Part shown: positions 28,616 to 42,400 of the stretch, one piece after another
Layout of the letters: each line of letters begins with the position of its first letter
Numbering within the stretch: position 1 is the stretch's first letter
Assembly: GCA_000934665.2 (NCBI GenBank)
Contig: KZ538729.1
Location: forward strand, 1 to 50,857
Source: Catajapyx aquilonaris
Taxonomy: Eukaryota
Length of the DNA: 50,857 bases
Reading direction: 5' to 3'
Made by a program: the position numbers and the translations under genes
The notes under the pieces: model-generated
Database searches by the model: none
What the model saw: only the letters and a program-made list of their open reading frames with translations
Told to the model about the DNA's origin: nothing

Positions 28616-31600
28616 GATAGAAACTGCAACACATGCATTGGAAATGATAACCGAGTGATGAGTGGAAATCTGACCCTGAAAACGACAGATGTACCTTTAC
28701 CTACTGCGCCGAAACATGACCACATGCATATGAAACACTTGACTTAACACAAATTAGCCTATTACCATCATCTTGATCAATACACGGTGGCCCCATTTGC
28801 TGGCAGGTTTTGGAAAATTTGTGTTTTTTAATTTTTTTGCGAATAAGGGGTTAAGGAACTCGCTTTAGTTTTCTGTACAGAATCCTAAATATTTTAGGCG
28901 TACGATATAATTAATTTTGATGATAAAGATGCTATCCGCCTACAAAACGTGACCCTCTCAAGGTCATATTGATTGTAGCCCCACTTAGTGTTTCTAAGCT
29001 TCATTAGCCACGTGCGTTTTACTTACATTGAATTTCGCATTTTGCATGCTGGCAGTTTCCTGAGGTCATGAATCACACGCTATGTAATTTGCTGTTTCCA
29101 AACACCCGGTGAATGTCGTATAAATGTCAAACTGGCAACTACACTGATCAATTTGCTTTAGTGACCATATATCTTTTCCTGTGTGCATTATTAGTCATAT
29201 GAGGGGGGCCTCCACCCTTCACACCCGGACATCGTCTGGGAATGCTGGGAAAAGTGCTGGGTGTTGGAACGACTATAAGGGGATATACTAAAATAAAGAT
29301 ATGAAAATACTACCCCTTTCTCTTTCGATCTAGTAATTTCATACATTTTCAATACTCGTCTCTCATTGAAATTACAGAGTGTGTACCTGTTCAGCCTCTA
29401 AAACTTGGATGAATGTGACCCAAATCAGAGAAACCCGGTTAGAATTTATTCCTTTCAATGGTGAGAAAACTGGGACAGTTTCAGGGAGGCGTAACCCATG
29501 CGCCAAACATTTGAATTCTTTAACTGTATTTTTAGTCGTAATTGCGCCCTATAGCATACCTATTGCGCAGGTGTGAGGTCGGGGGCTTCTAGGAAGATCC
29601 ATTGTCTCAGTGTTTTTCATTAGGCTGGTGTTTTATCACGAACATACTTCACCTCATTGTGGTGCGCGCTTTGACCACACAGTATAGCCTGATATATTTA
29701 CTGCAGGTCAGGGTCTTAGCAATTTTGGAGGTTTTTTCCTCTCTGTCCTACCCCATATGCCCTGTGACAAAAGAAACTGGGACTATAGGCAACAAAATAA
29801 TGCATATACATTTGCACTGTAAATGAGATCCGCCCAGCTGATTGTTATCAAACGAAGCTTTGCAACAGGATCTACTGGCATCAATGAATGACACGATCGA
29901 TAGGCTGACGTGACTGATATCGCGTGGTCAATGGCGTAAATAAAGCTGTGGTTTTGGACATAAAATTGTAGGCCAATATGTGTAGTAGTATAGCCTGTAA
30001 TATACAGGATATAGCAATTTCCACAATTAATAATGAAGCTGGAAGACATAGCCTGACTGGTATAACACGCAGATTATTCTATAGCCACAGTATTAGAATT
30101 TTTCCCTCCTATTTGCGTTTGTTTTACGGTTCGTTAGCAGTTTCGTGTCTGGTGGATTTCCACTTGCCAGGTCACTCATGGATGAGAAGGCACTATAGGG
30201 CGAGGCGGGGGGAGGTGTTATTGGGCAAGCTATATGCTGGGCAGAAGAATGTGCGACTTGACCTTTGCCTGGAGAGGGGCATAGCATTTTATGGTGCTGT
30301 GTTAGCACTATAAGTTTAACGTAGACTCTAAGCTTACATCTTTTTATTAGCAATTTCTTCGCAATGGATATAATTATTTCATTTGACAAAATATCTCTGA
30401 GCGTTTATTTATAACGGTTATTTCTTCACTTTCACTCTCATGTTTTTCAGAAATCCAGTGTAAGTCGTCACCAGAATCAATTAATAAGTTACTATATTCT
30501 TTTATAGCACTGCAGGGAATAAAGTGTGTAATAATCGTATTAGCATATTATGCTTTTTTAGAAGTATACCAGCTATTTCCAATTTACAAAACGAAGTTTT
30601 TAGACATTTTTCCGGCTCGATCCGCTCGCCAATCGCCATCATAACAAAATCTAATCCATAATTTGCCAAGCTTTCCAAAAATTCCATTCTGCTCGACCAC
30701 ATGCAACTTATTGGCAGTCATTATCAAAAATTATACGCATCCGTGTAGGCAGTTACATGTTAGTTCCGTACTGTACGACTATACAAGGAGACTTTTTCTA
30801 CCTCCCGTTCAACAGAGACTCATTTTCACAATCTTGTAAAATACACTCTATGCACAAGTAAAATTTCGAATAATTGCACATTACAAGCTATAATCAAAAT
30901 ATAATACAGCGTAACCAAGAGCTTGGTGTAACCAACCAAACTGTTCCTGCTGGAGGGAAAGTTTCGTTCAGAGGAAAAACGGAATATCCCAACCGACCTC
31001 CAATTTTGAGATTGTAGTGCTGTTGTACTCTCCTGCCATCTACCTTTCATGTGCTGAAGTACCAAATTAATTGGGATATGTCAAACTTCCACTTGTAAAA
31101 TTTGTCCGTAGTGGAAAAACCAACTGTGGAGAAACACAAAAAGGAATTATTCTCAAAATGAACTCCGGTTGGGATATGCCGTTCTTCCTCTGAGCGCCTC
31201 AATTGTAAACATGATTCTGGATAAAGAGAAAATAATAAGACAATGTTACAGTATCGTTTTCTTTTATTTTACGTGGCTATATATGGATATTTTACTACGA
31301 TATACGTACATGAAATAATATGGGGTATGTACTGTAGGCCTACGTATGTTACATTCAACAAGTTAAAATGACTGCCGGATTTGAAGTTCGCTTTGTGACC
31401 TGATGTTTAGGTGTACAAGATGCAAAAAAAAATTTTATTCGCCGAGTCAGGTAGTGTCCAACAGGACTACATACATAATGTATTCATCCCTCTTGGCAGT
31501 GTCATCAATATAATACACATAGAGTATAAGGCTATTATATTCATCCCCAGCAGCATTTTCACTCGTAAAATGTGCAGTCCTATCTGGTAGTGCAATGATA

Positions 31601-32146
31601 CAATATGCAGGGTGAGTCAGAACTTCCATGGTACTCGTTGTCTTGATACAAGTGCAAAATAATGCAGGGGTTAGACATGTCGAAAACAACAGTCGACGTA
31701 GAAAACAATGAGCATTGGAGATTGGACTACCCCTATAGCCTACATATGTGGCAACCACTCACGAAGCCGTTCGCCGGCAGATTAAAACGCGAAAAGAGTG
31801 ATTGCCTAAAGTTTTTTTTTCTAAATTCAATCTGACCCATTTTGAAGGCCTACGAGCTCTGGTTGCCTGTAGTAGGGAGCAGGATATGAGAATGTGATAA
31901 TAATGGTTAGCCTACTGGGAATGCATAATATGAATTTTTCAAGGAGGGAGGGTTACCTGGAGTTTTGAGTTGCCCTGTAAATTGTACACACAATACAGTA
32001 TAATATTAGGTGAGAATTAGCAAAAGTCGAGATAAACGAAATAGCACAAGCATTTTTCTACAAGTTATACTAAATACGCGAATTAGCCAGCAGGAAATCA
32101 ATACGCTCTACGTACAGCATAAGACTAACCATTTGTATATGAGAAA

Positions 32147-35100
32147 TTAGTCTTTATGCCACTTCAAGAACAATCGAATTGTAAAGAAGTATAAAATTTC
32201 TACTCCGCTCAGAAGGCTAAATCCAACGAAGAGGCCTACGATGCCGCCACAAGCCGCTGACAGAAAGAAGAGAAGAGTTATTTAGTTATTTTGGTTTGCG
32301 GGTAAAGGCGGGTACACACTCTGTATCCGTCTATTCAATAGAGAGAGAGGGAGAGGGAGACTGCAATGACTGCAAATAAAAGATTATTATACTCACCCAC
32401 TAAATCGTTCCATTTGTATACCACATCTCTCCTGTATCTGATGTAGTATAAGTCTTTGAAGAAGACACGAAGAAATATGAGGTTTTCTCTAAAGTTGATA
32501 TGAAAATAAGTTTGTGAAAAATTACAATCGTATTTTGTTACTATATACGTACGGTTTAAGGCCGTTAGTGTCTTTGATGAAAGATCGGTAGCTGGTGGGG
32601 TCTCTCGGAAATTTGGCCCAAGACAATTCAGTCATGTACGATGTTTCATTACATCCTGGTTGGCATGTGCACTTCATTGACTTCGTTCCTTTATCCAAGC
32701 CGTCAACTTTCTCGTTAGGATGCAATGTTTGGAACTTGTCTTTTGTTGGGAAAGGAATAGTAAGTTTGAATAATATTAACATTGGTTCATTTGTCCAGAA
32801 GTAGTCATATTTTTCAGCAGAATTACTTACGTTTGTTCTTCACCAAACATTGCAGCTGCTTGAAGGTGCAGGTCGGAGTTTTGTCTGAAAAAATTTCATA
32901 ATTCATTATCAATGGTACAATATTATTTTGCATCATTATGCAACTCACGCAATAGGGAATAAATGTAAGGTACACAGTCGCAGGTCCGGTTCATGGATAA
33001 AACCTGGCATTCCAAGAGGCAATTTGGATAGGTGTAGGACGAATAAAAGGCTAGATTTTGCTCATCATTAAAAATGCAGTCTCGATCATCCACGCTAAGA
33101 GCACGAATGTCGTTGGTGCTTCGAGTACGAGTAGCTGTTGTAGCCACGAACACTTCATTTCCAGGCGATACCAGAAATCCTTTCGAGGTCACATATGGGA
33201 AGTCTTCTGGGTGATGGACTCGCACCTGGAATCCTGAAAATTCCTCCGATACTGCGTAGTATTCGTGTACATCCGGGTTTAAGAGCACCATCAGTCCAGT
33301 ATTTGCTCCCGATCCATTCACACGACGCTTTGCCGAATTTTTTCGAGACCTCCTTCGTCTGCGCTCTCTAGTTTCGGTCATATTTTCGACGTCATAGTCG
33401 TCGTCGTCGTCATAGAAAGAGGGAATTTCAGTGGTGGTTACTTTCGGAGTTGACCTTTGTGTCGACTCTTCTACCGACGATTCCAGTATGTGGGATGTTC
33501 TGAAATATCCATAAGTCCAGGCGAGTATTAAATATTTAAATAATTTATTACTGATGTTCAACTTGCCAGCTGATGCTATTAAATCTTAACTACTGTACAT
33601 GATTAGAATATGCCTATACTGTACCTATATTGTATAAGCAAAATGGGGTCCTAGCCTACATTTTGCAACCCATGTAAAAAAATCGTTTGTATTTTTACAT
33701 TAATTTTGGTGTTTTTTGTTTGAAGAAATGAATATTAGTTTTCGAGCTATGATCGCTCTAAGATCATAATAATTATACGCTATCGTATTACCCTCTGACA
33801 TCACTGTTGTCCAAAGACAGGTGCAGAGGCAGGAATGCACCCGGATTGCTTTGTTCCTTTGTTTGTTACCTATATACCTAACAACGGAATCGAACGGCCA
33901 CGAGGCAACGGCCTGCTGTGACGTCACTGTTGTCCACTTGGTTAGGCAGGAGTGGAAATGCGCTTTTTAGGCCACGCCCCCGTTTTTCCCGTCAATCTGC
34001 GAGTGACTTTTAAACCCCCGATAATTGATAAAGGAATGACATTTTGGTGCCGAAAAGTGGTGTAATGCATGTTTATATGTATGGTTGAGCTATTCGTGTA
34101 CAGATTACCCAAATCCCAGGCCAAGGCTAGGACCCCATTGTTGAGCCGATGAGTAATCTAGGAGAATGATTAAGATATGAATTAAACTTACGTGAGGCTT
34201 CCTTCTGATATTAAGTCCTTCATGTCTTTTGAGTTGAACGACCAGCAGAACCCACCTTCAGTTCGTCTCAGTTGGAATAGAGTGCTGCAATTTTGGACAT
34301 TGCCCATCCACCAACATTTGAGCGCCATTCTCTCTATTGGTTGCATCACCTGATCAAACCAAACGCATTACATTAACTAATGGATGCTCTCTTTTTTTGG
34401 AAAAAAATGAAAGGAAAACTGACCGTTTTCATGAGGTTGTCCAGATGTACTTTCATTTGGGTCATGACATTCTTGACCCTACGTGTCGTGTCGGAATATT
34501 CGTTTAACTCCATGCTCAAATCTGGATTTGCCAACACTTTTGTCAACTCATGAATAGTGGCTGGTTGAAATACGTTCCATCTGAAAATGAGTTGAGAAAA
34601 GTGAGCTTTGCGCTCTTACTTTTAGGTCCAAATTGCGCAGCTTACTCCCGATTCTCGGCGGCCACTTTTTGAATGAGGGACTTGACCCCTTTGTTGACAT
34701 TGCAGATGGTGACTGCAGGGAATGACACCTTCCAAATAGGCATGCTGGTAGAATCTACTGTTGTAATTATGGGGGAATTGAAATACCGTTGAAATATGGG
34801 AAGCAGAAAGTACACCGTTCCTGCCATTGCAGCCAAACAGCAAAATATCCAAATCAATCTATACGAGGAACAACAGATAACAAAATTAACCACATAATTT
34901 AAATACTTGCGGACGTCTTTTACGAACAAGAAAAGCCATCACTCTACATGACTAACCTTTCAAAGCAATGATTTCCGTCCTTTGTAATATACTTGAGTCC
35001 ATGTATGGACGTGTTATCCAAATAATCCTTGCATCGTCTGTAAATACACCAGGGTTTGCTAGCCTTCTCAACATTTGATCTGTGCAAATAGTGTGGTAGG

Positions 35101-35189
35101 CCAAATTCCTTATCCCAGGCGTAATAAGGAATTATAAATGACTGAGGACTTCTTTTCGGACTTGCTTTGGCCATCCCGATGCGATTCAT
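32147..35189 (-). CDS. ppk: Pickpocket/DEG-ENaC channel copy E, complete, 9 exons, ~584 aa (35189-34957, 34858-34646, 34580-34424, 34349-34192, 33499-32949, 32884-32831, 32739-32553, 32488-32397, 32256-32147)
   Basis: Closest paralog of D, with identical exon sizes except exon 5. NTSIHG, FPAVTICN, TM2 AACGGIVGLFVGFSLLSGVEILYFF. Exons sum to 1755 nt, in frame. Confidence 0.92.
33642..34139. mobile_element. MITE-like element in intron 4 of copy E; the right end of a related copy lies at about 57-91
   Basis: TIR AATGGGGTCCTAGCCT / AGGCTAGGACCCCATT. The related sequence AAATCCCAGACCAAGGCTAGTTCCCCATT occurs at the window start. Confidence 0.6.
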
Positions 35190-36791
35190 GATCTTCAGGC
35201 CTACTTTCAATACAAATGAGAGTCAAGTGACCAAAGGGGGAATGTGTGGTATTAGAAGCGATAGCCTTGTGAACCTGTCCATATGGCCTTTAATGCCTGA
35301 CTTCGTACAATCACTATTTTGATCAATACGTAATTACTAGAATTCCCTGACATAGGTGTTATACCTAAGTTCCTATGCAGCAATTTATTTCGTCATAAGT
35401 TATTTGTTTTAGGATAAATGATCTTTTTTGTCGGACATTTTATTTTAAAAATAATAGTGTGTGTTGAATGCTAATATATTATATTATATTTACGTGTACA
35501 TGCAAGCCTTTGCTTTACGTAATTATTTTAAGACGTGATTTTTCACCTCAGAGGTCTTTTAACTTTTAATTTGATTTCCAAGTTGAGGCAGCATTATTAT
35601 TATTATTTAGACTGACGTGTTACACAGTATTTGTAAATATTAGTAGAATAATGCAATAGTCACTTCTCCGAATAGCATGACCTTTACATTGCGCATGTGT
35701 AATCAATCCTAATTATGAAGGTCACTATATTGATCACTATTCTTTCTAATCCTCAACCGTCATTATTGTGCGCCACATGTTTTGTTCACGCCTAATTGAA
35801 TATTTTGTCCTCATTTGCATTACGTGTAGAAGCCATATGATACTTTATAATTAATCGCTGTTATCTGCAACAGAGCAGAAACATATTGGTCCTCCTCCCG
35901 GGAAGGTCACGTAAGAATAATATATCCGCCTTTGTCGTCTATTATTAATTACCATGTCCTTAAGTGCGTGTTAGTACAGTGTGAAACGAAAATTTCCTCC
36001 TGGCATAATTTCGTGAAGGAATGGTGCGAGGTCTTATTTTCAATGACAATCATTGTCTCCGCTGATGGTTCTTCGGAGCAGATTGGTGAGCGGTACTTGT
36101 TGTGCGTCTACTATTGTTACAACCGGTGCGATCGGGATATGTACAGTTTTTGAGTGGCGGAAGCATTTCTATAGGGTCTGTCCGATCAGTGGTACGCGAC
36201 AGAAAAGAAACGCATCGTTGTTTCCACCGGGAATGATTGGGTTCTTAGCGGTTATATCTGTTGTTATGCATCGTTGCCGTAGTTCGTTGCCTTCTAGAAT
36301 GTTTTTGTTGGAGATAGTGGATGGCAAGGGGGAGGGGGAGGAGTGGTGAAGATGAGGCAGCAGGAGGTCTTCCTGCTCCTCAGTTACAGGGCATGACCGT
36401 GCATGACTGCAAACTTGTGGCAATAAAAATGTGTTGTTGCGAATCAGTTATGAATGGAATGGCGAATTTGTGTTTGTCAATTTTTGGCGTAAAAAATTGT
36501 TTACATATTATAGAGAAACAATGTGGCCACTCTTCTTGGCAAATTATTGCATTTCACGGGAGACTGTCCTTTTGTGGTCGTTCACGCATCAGTGATGTTG
36601 CATTAAATTATCTAATGTGACAGGAACAATAAACTGTATTGAAATTGTGATGGTAGATGGACTTTTTGTGACAAAAAAATGGTGAGTTCTACGTATTGCT
36701 AGGTTCGTATCCTAAAAACTAATATTAATTAATTTGATAACTGAAGGTCGCCCCGAATAATGTTGTAAGTGATTATTGTAACGCATGCCAC

Positions 36792-36794
<3 letters not shown>

Positions 36795-36862
<68 letters not shown>

Positions 36863-37192
36863 CCGTGGTAGAGCTTGACCTCATCTGAGGTAATCAGCAC
36901 GGACCTTTATTTATTACATCAAGTACATTTTTGAGCCTTTTTACGTGGCGCCCGGGCCCACGGGCAGGATGACAGGAGGGGATGTGCAAGGTGCAGTGCA
37001 ATGTCTTTATGTGGCCATTTTTAGTGAACTCCCCCGGGTGGTTTAGTCTGTAGGAAATACCACCCGAGACGAAGCCAGAGGTGACCCAATGAACTCTGCA
37101 CGAGATGAAGGGGGTGTCCCCGGGTTGGGATCGAACCCGGGACCTTAACATCCGTGGGCGCGTACGTTACCGCAGCACCACTCCGCCTCCCC
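36795..37192 (-). mobile_element. tRNA-derived SINE with an alternative 3' tail ending in (TTA)n
   Basis: Head and body match the 4392 copy. B-box GGTTCGATCCC. 15-bp TSD AACGCATGCCACTTA (36780-36794 / 37193-37207). Confidence 0.88.
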
Positions 37193-37617
37193 AACGCATG
37201 CCACTTACAACATTATTCGGGGCGACTCTTGACAGGCCAGTATAGCCTATTTTTTAAATGGCAAACTTAATCACCACTGAAAATTTTGAAATTAGGAGAG
37301 AACGGAAGAACTGCAAGAAAATTCATTCTGGCATGGTGAGAACCCGTCGAAACTCTCCCCATACAAGGAAATCCTCTTCTGTCCGATCCGGGAATCGCAC
37401 TAGTGACTTCAGAAGTGGTATGGCATGACCTAACCACTACGTCATCATCTTGCTGCCTGCATAATGAGAGTCATAATTATGAGCAGCACGGACGTCGTAT
37501 TTGCCACGGATACATATAAAATTAATATAACTTAATAAAAATGCATGAGATTTCAGAGTACACACTCTTTGAAAGTTGTAGTTTGTACACTCCGATGGTA
37601 GCCTAAGAAATAAATCG

Positions 37618-37965
37618 TTTTTTTTACGTTACCCCGTGCTAGGGCCATAGGCCCTTATAGGGGGTGGAATACCACCATTTTTCCTTCAATTTTCTGATTT
37701 TTTTCTTCTAACTCCGGTGCAAGAATGAAAGGACATGAGGTAAGGATATAGGGATTTTGGGGGAGGGAACATTGGTGCAAGTGCAATGTCGGTAAAGGGG
37801 TCATGTGCTGTTCCCCAGGAGGTTATAGGTTGCCAGACACCTCCTTGGTGCAGGTCAGAGGCCCTCCTGACGCAGGTGAAAAGAAAGTTCCCCAGGCGGG
37901 GATCGAACCTGGGGCCTTTCACTCAGCAAGCCGAGACGTTACCATCACGGCCACCACACCTCCCC
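37618..37965 (-). mobile_element. tRNA-derived SINE (third head type)
   Basis: Head GGGGAGGTGTGGTGGCCGTGATGGTAACG, B-box GGTTCGATCCCC, A tail, TSD AAGAAATAAATC (37605-37616 / 37966-37977). Confidence 0.85.
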
Positions 37966-38021
37966 AAGAAATAAATCATTAGACCTACCTCGTTCAGGCC
38001 TAATTAATACACTTTTGTTCC

Positions 38022-38077
<56 letters not shown>

Positions 38078-38082
38078 TGGTA

Positions 38083-38390
38083 CAGTAGAACCCTGATTAT
38101 CCGACTCCTCGGTTTATCCGCTCGGCAATAAATATATATTTTCTCATGAAATATTGTAATGTTCTACGCATTTGTTTCTTTTGCCTTAATAATTGTAAAT
38201 ACAGTACAGTATAGAGTGTGTGTATAAAAGAAAAATACTTCACTATTTCTTAGAAAACCATAATATTGTACGTTATTAAATGTTTAATGTTTTTTGTTGT
38301 GTTTCATTGAAGTTTTTTTACTCCTCGGATTATCCGACCTTTTCTGTTATCCGATACGACCATGCCCCGGTCCCCTGGGTGACGGATAAT
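38083..38390. mobile_element. pogo/Tc1-like MITE remnant
   Basis: Starts TA|CAGTAGAACCCTGATTATCCG, has repeated TTATCCG motifs and an inverted CGGATAAT near the end. The right TIR is incomplete. Confidence 0.5.
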
Positions 38391-39106
38391 AATAGTAACC
38401 GGTTAATGTCTGCAATTAAGAACGACCTGAATCTCACTGGAATTACTTCCAGAATTGAAGATTTATTTCATTTTCAATATTGCACTTACGATATCTCATG
38501 CGATTGCGTTTTTTTCTTCAAATATTCAAACCCTGTAATTCACTGTCATGAAAACTGACTTGACCATTATAAAGTATAAGCGTCGGCGATTATATTGCAA
38601 AATGTTTAACCAAATTTCGACCAAAATGTGACTCTGATCGATCTGCATTTTTAAGATTCTTAGGAGCATTCTTAAGATAATTATGTTACATAACATATAA
38701 GCCAAGAGTCACGTTTTGTTCCCACACCTGCCCCCCCCCCCCACCAGTTTCCATTACTTCTTCAAGATTAATCCTTTTTCACATTTCTACCCGGATTATC
38801 CTCCACTGCCGGATCTCACGTCCCTTTTTAAAAGAGGAAGCGTCACCCTCACCTGTAAAGACACTGTATCCTACGGTACTTTTTGTGGCGGGACAATCAT
38901 TTTACGTCACTCCGGATATTTAGTTATGCATGGCTTGTTAATTTATGCGCGGCAGTTCATAATGACACAATGGCGTCTGAGGAAAGAGCTGGGATGCTGC
39001 TCAGGAATGTTCTGAAGCAGTCTGTAAGAAGGTGAGGACCGAGAAAGATATCCGGAGAAAAGGAATGTCCGACTTATTGTGAGATAGAGGACCGGTGTCC
39101 ATCAGG

Positions 39107-39368
39107 ATGCTGCCAGGACACCTGTCTGCATGGATTATCATGCTGGTCACGTGTGTATTTCCTGTGAGCGAAGTTGCGCTTGGACTTCCGACCAATTCGA
39201 CAAGGAATAGGGACGACAAATGTGAGATCTAATGTTCAATATTCCTCTAATTAGCTTGCTATGACTTACATCATGACACTGCATAATAATTACGATACGT
39301 ATGAATATTTTGTCCTAATTTTTGTGTGCGTCGTTTTGTGGGCTACAGGAACGCCCAGAAGTGAAGGG

Positions 39369-39443
<75 letters not shown>

Positions 39444-42400
39444 CACGTAATACATTTTTGCCGCAAAATACCGAAAAGCTGACAATTACATCATTAAAAA
39501 TAAATTCTGTAGTTACCTGTAAATTACTCAAATGCTCTTGATCTGTTTGCAAAAGTGTAGACGATAATAGTGTCGCATGTGTCAGGAGGCGTATACTCAT
39601 CCAGGTCACTCGCAATCGACAAACTCGATTGACGTCAAAATGACGTCGCCAATTCTCCTCGCCCTGCCCTGGTCATCATTGGCGACGTCATTTTGACGTC
39701 AATCGACTTTGTCGATTGCGAGTGACCTTGATGAGTATACGGCTCCTATATAAGTTATTGTATGGTATAAAAGTAAATTATAAAAATTTGCTGAACAGCA
39801 TAGCCCTATTGCACTTTCTTAAGCTTCCAGCATTTACTAGCATGACATTACATACGTGGAGTGGTGCTCAACGACAAAATAATAATAATACCAAACATTT
39901 CCCATGCGACTATATTTAAATCTTTTTACCCAACCTATATTTATTATTAATAGAATTGTGATTAACTGGATTCATCATAATCACTGATATCAAATATTGT
40001 TCAACAGTATTCCCCATCTTCTCCGTCTTCCGATTCAAGAACGAACCTTGCACAACATCAGGTGACGAAGAAGGCACCTGTTATACCAGGTAAAAAAAAA
40101 AGTAGCACACATTGTATTGCCGACAAAATGGGATCGATCACTTTAATAGCCTTGAAATGAGGCCTAATTTTTTTTTAGTGTGCTTTACGGTCGGCTGATG
40201 TCTCCTTAAGCGGAAACAGCTGGGTTACTGTCACGAGACAGTTACCTCACTCAAATGTTACTTGGGCGTTGTGTTCCACATTTATAAACTCATTATGCAA
40301 GGCTATGAGTGTGAGACAATTGGGGAATGGCAAAGGAACAAAAGGGGTTCTGACACAGTATAATTATGTCACGATTTTTTTCCGTCTTTCTTAGGGAAGA
40401 ATGCATCAAACGTGGAGGAATTGCATATGTTGGATGTGGAATTCCGTTCGCCGTTTGTTGTGTCTGTAGGTCGAGATAAATAATTGAAGGTCACTTTTGA
40501 GCACTCATTATTATTACCGTACTTGTATTTCTTGCAGTTTCGTTTACATGTGGAGCTCAGAGCACATACAACAGTTCCTATTTTATTAGCCCTCACTATC
40601 CAGCACCATATTGGGAAGAGAGTATATGCATCCACAAGGTCATATTGGTGAGTATTGCTCACTCACTACTGTCAGTACTCAGTGAGTATTGCTCACTCAG
40701 AGCTACTGATTTCCCAATAATAATTGCCCCCAATATTCATCTGCAAATGTATTTGCGATTTTAACTAATATGAACTTGAAAAGTAAATAAAGGGTTGAGT
40801 CACATTAAACTGGGGGCAAGTTGCAAAGATGTCCAGGACAAACATTGTATTTGGTTTGGTGTCACCTTTACTCATAGAGATGGATAAACTGTTGCCATCT
40901 AAGTGACCACTTAGGGCCCACCTTGATTAACTTTAATTATCTCGAACTTTGTAATATTTTTCAGAGGCATTGCCTAGATTTTATGGCTCTATGTACAGTG
41001 CAAGTTTCCTGTGTAACATAACAATCAGAATGAGCTAATCATAATGCAGCATAATAATATTATGCTTGCTTAATATGTCAGCGTTACCTGTGAAATGGTA
41101 GTTACAATAAGTAGTATTATTGCATCCCTTATCCACTTTCAGCCAAATAATTGCTGCCAAGTAAAAGTAGTGTTTGAAGACGTGGACATGAGGTCACCGC
41201 ATAAACGAGGAGATTGTTGGGCGGATTCACTAGTGATTGAAGGAACAGATTCCTACTTGCCGCCTCTATGTGGGAAACTTACTGGACAACACTGTAAGTA
41301 TAGCCACATTTTATTATGTACGATTTGTGTTCTGGCACATAAACGCACTTTGTAAAAATAAACACATAGCATAAAATGGCTGTTAGTATTGTGTGTGGAT
41401 TTCATCTCATGAACTTATGAAAACTAAAGGGCATGTACAGGAGCATTATATTTTTAAACATTTCAGTGTATCTGAGCGTGGGAAACGCTGGCTATGTAAG
41501 CTTTCAGATCAAGTCTCATGGGCACCACATGAAACGTCGATGGAAAATTTTAGTGACACAAATACAGTGTTGCGCTGCTACAATGGGTGAGCTATTTCTG
41601 TCATAAAATGAGCGTTGATTTATTACTTACTGGTTCACTCTTTCAGCCCCTCCTGGTTGCTACCAGTATTACACCGGATCTTTAACAGGGACGGTGTTGA
41701 GCTTTAATGCTCAAGGGCACAAGCCATGGAATATGAACAAACTTAATTATGGAGTGTGTGTCAGAAAGGAGAAAGGATTTTGCGCTATTCAGGTATTTGT
41801 TATTCAAGCAATTATTTATTAATATTCGTGGTGTCATAACTCATAAGGGATAATGCAATCTACTTCAAACTCGCATATCTCGAAATCATTACAATGTGAC
41901 TGTGATTGTTCTGAATTTTAAATCGTCAGTTATATTTAGAAAGTTCATGCAAATATGTGACTGTTATTTTCTCATCAGTGGTCAGTTTGTCGCGGCGGTC
42001 GCAAGCTTCCCGACACTGACGACAAGTCACCGCTCGAAAATCTGTCACCCGTGCAGTTATGCAGTCTCAAAAAGGTTGCCAACACATTGCTGTCCAGAGG
42101 AATGATGCTGCCAGAAATTCTTCGAACAATATCGTGCAACTCCACCGAATCTGTCACAATGGCAATTCCCATCGGGGCTACAATGACGCCACCTGTCGTG
42201 ACAGCGGCATACGACAGCCATTTTGATTCACCTCTTAACGTTACCGATGATTTTGCCGCTACCACAGAACTACCTCCCGTTACTACTGGACTTCCGATTC
42301 TATTGACATCTGCCAGACCTTTGGAGCCACCTAGACAAGTCAAACACTATGATACCAACTTTAACGTCGACCTACCTGCCCATTTTCAAAACGCTATTTG

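Noticed and set aside
35950..36423. GC-richer stretch with short ORFs upstream of copy E
   Set aside because: Short frames ending in stops, with no recognisable motif or splice framework. It could be UTR or decayed sequence.
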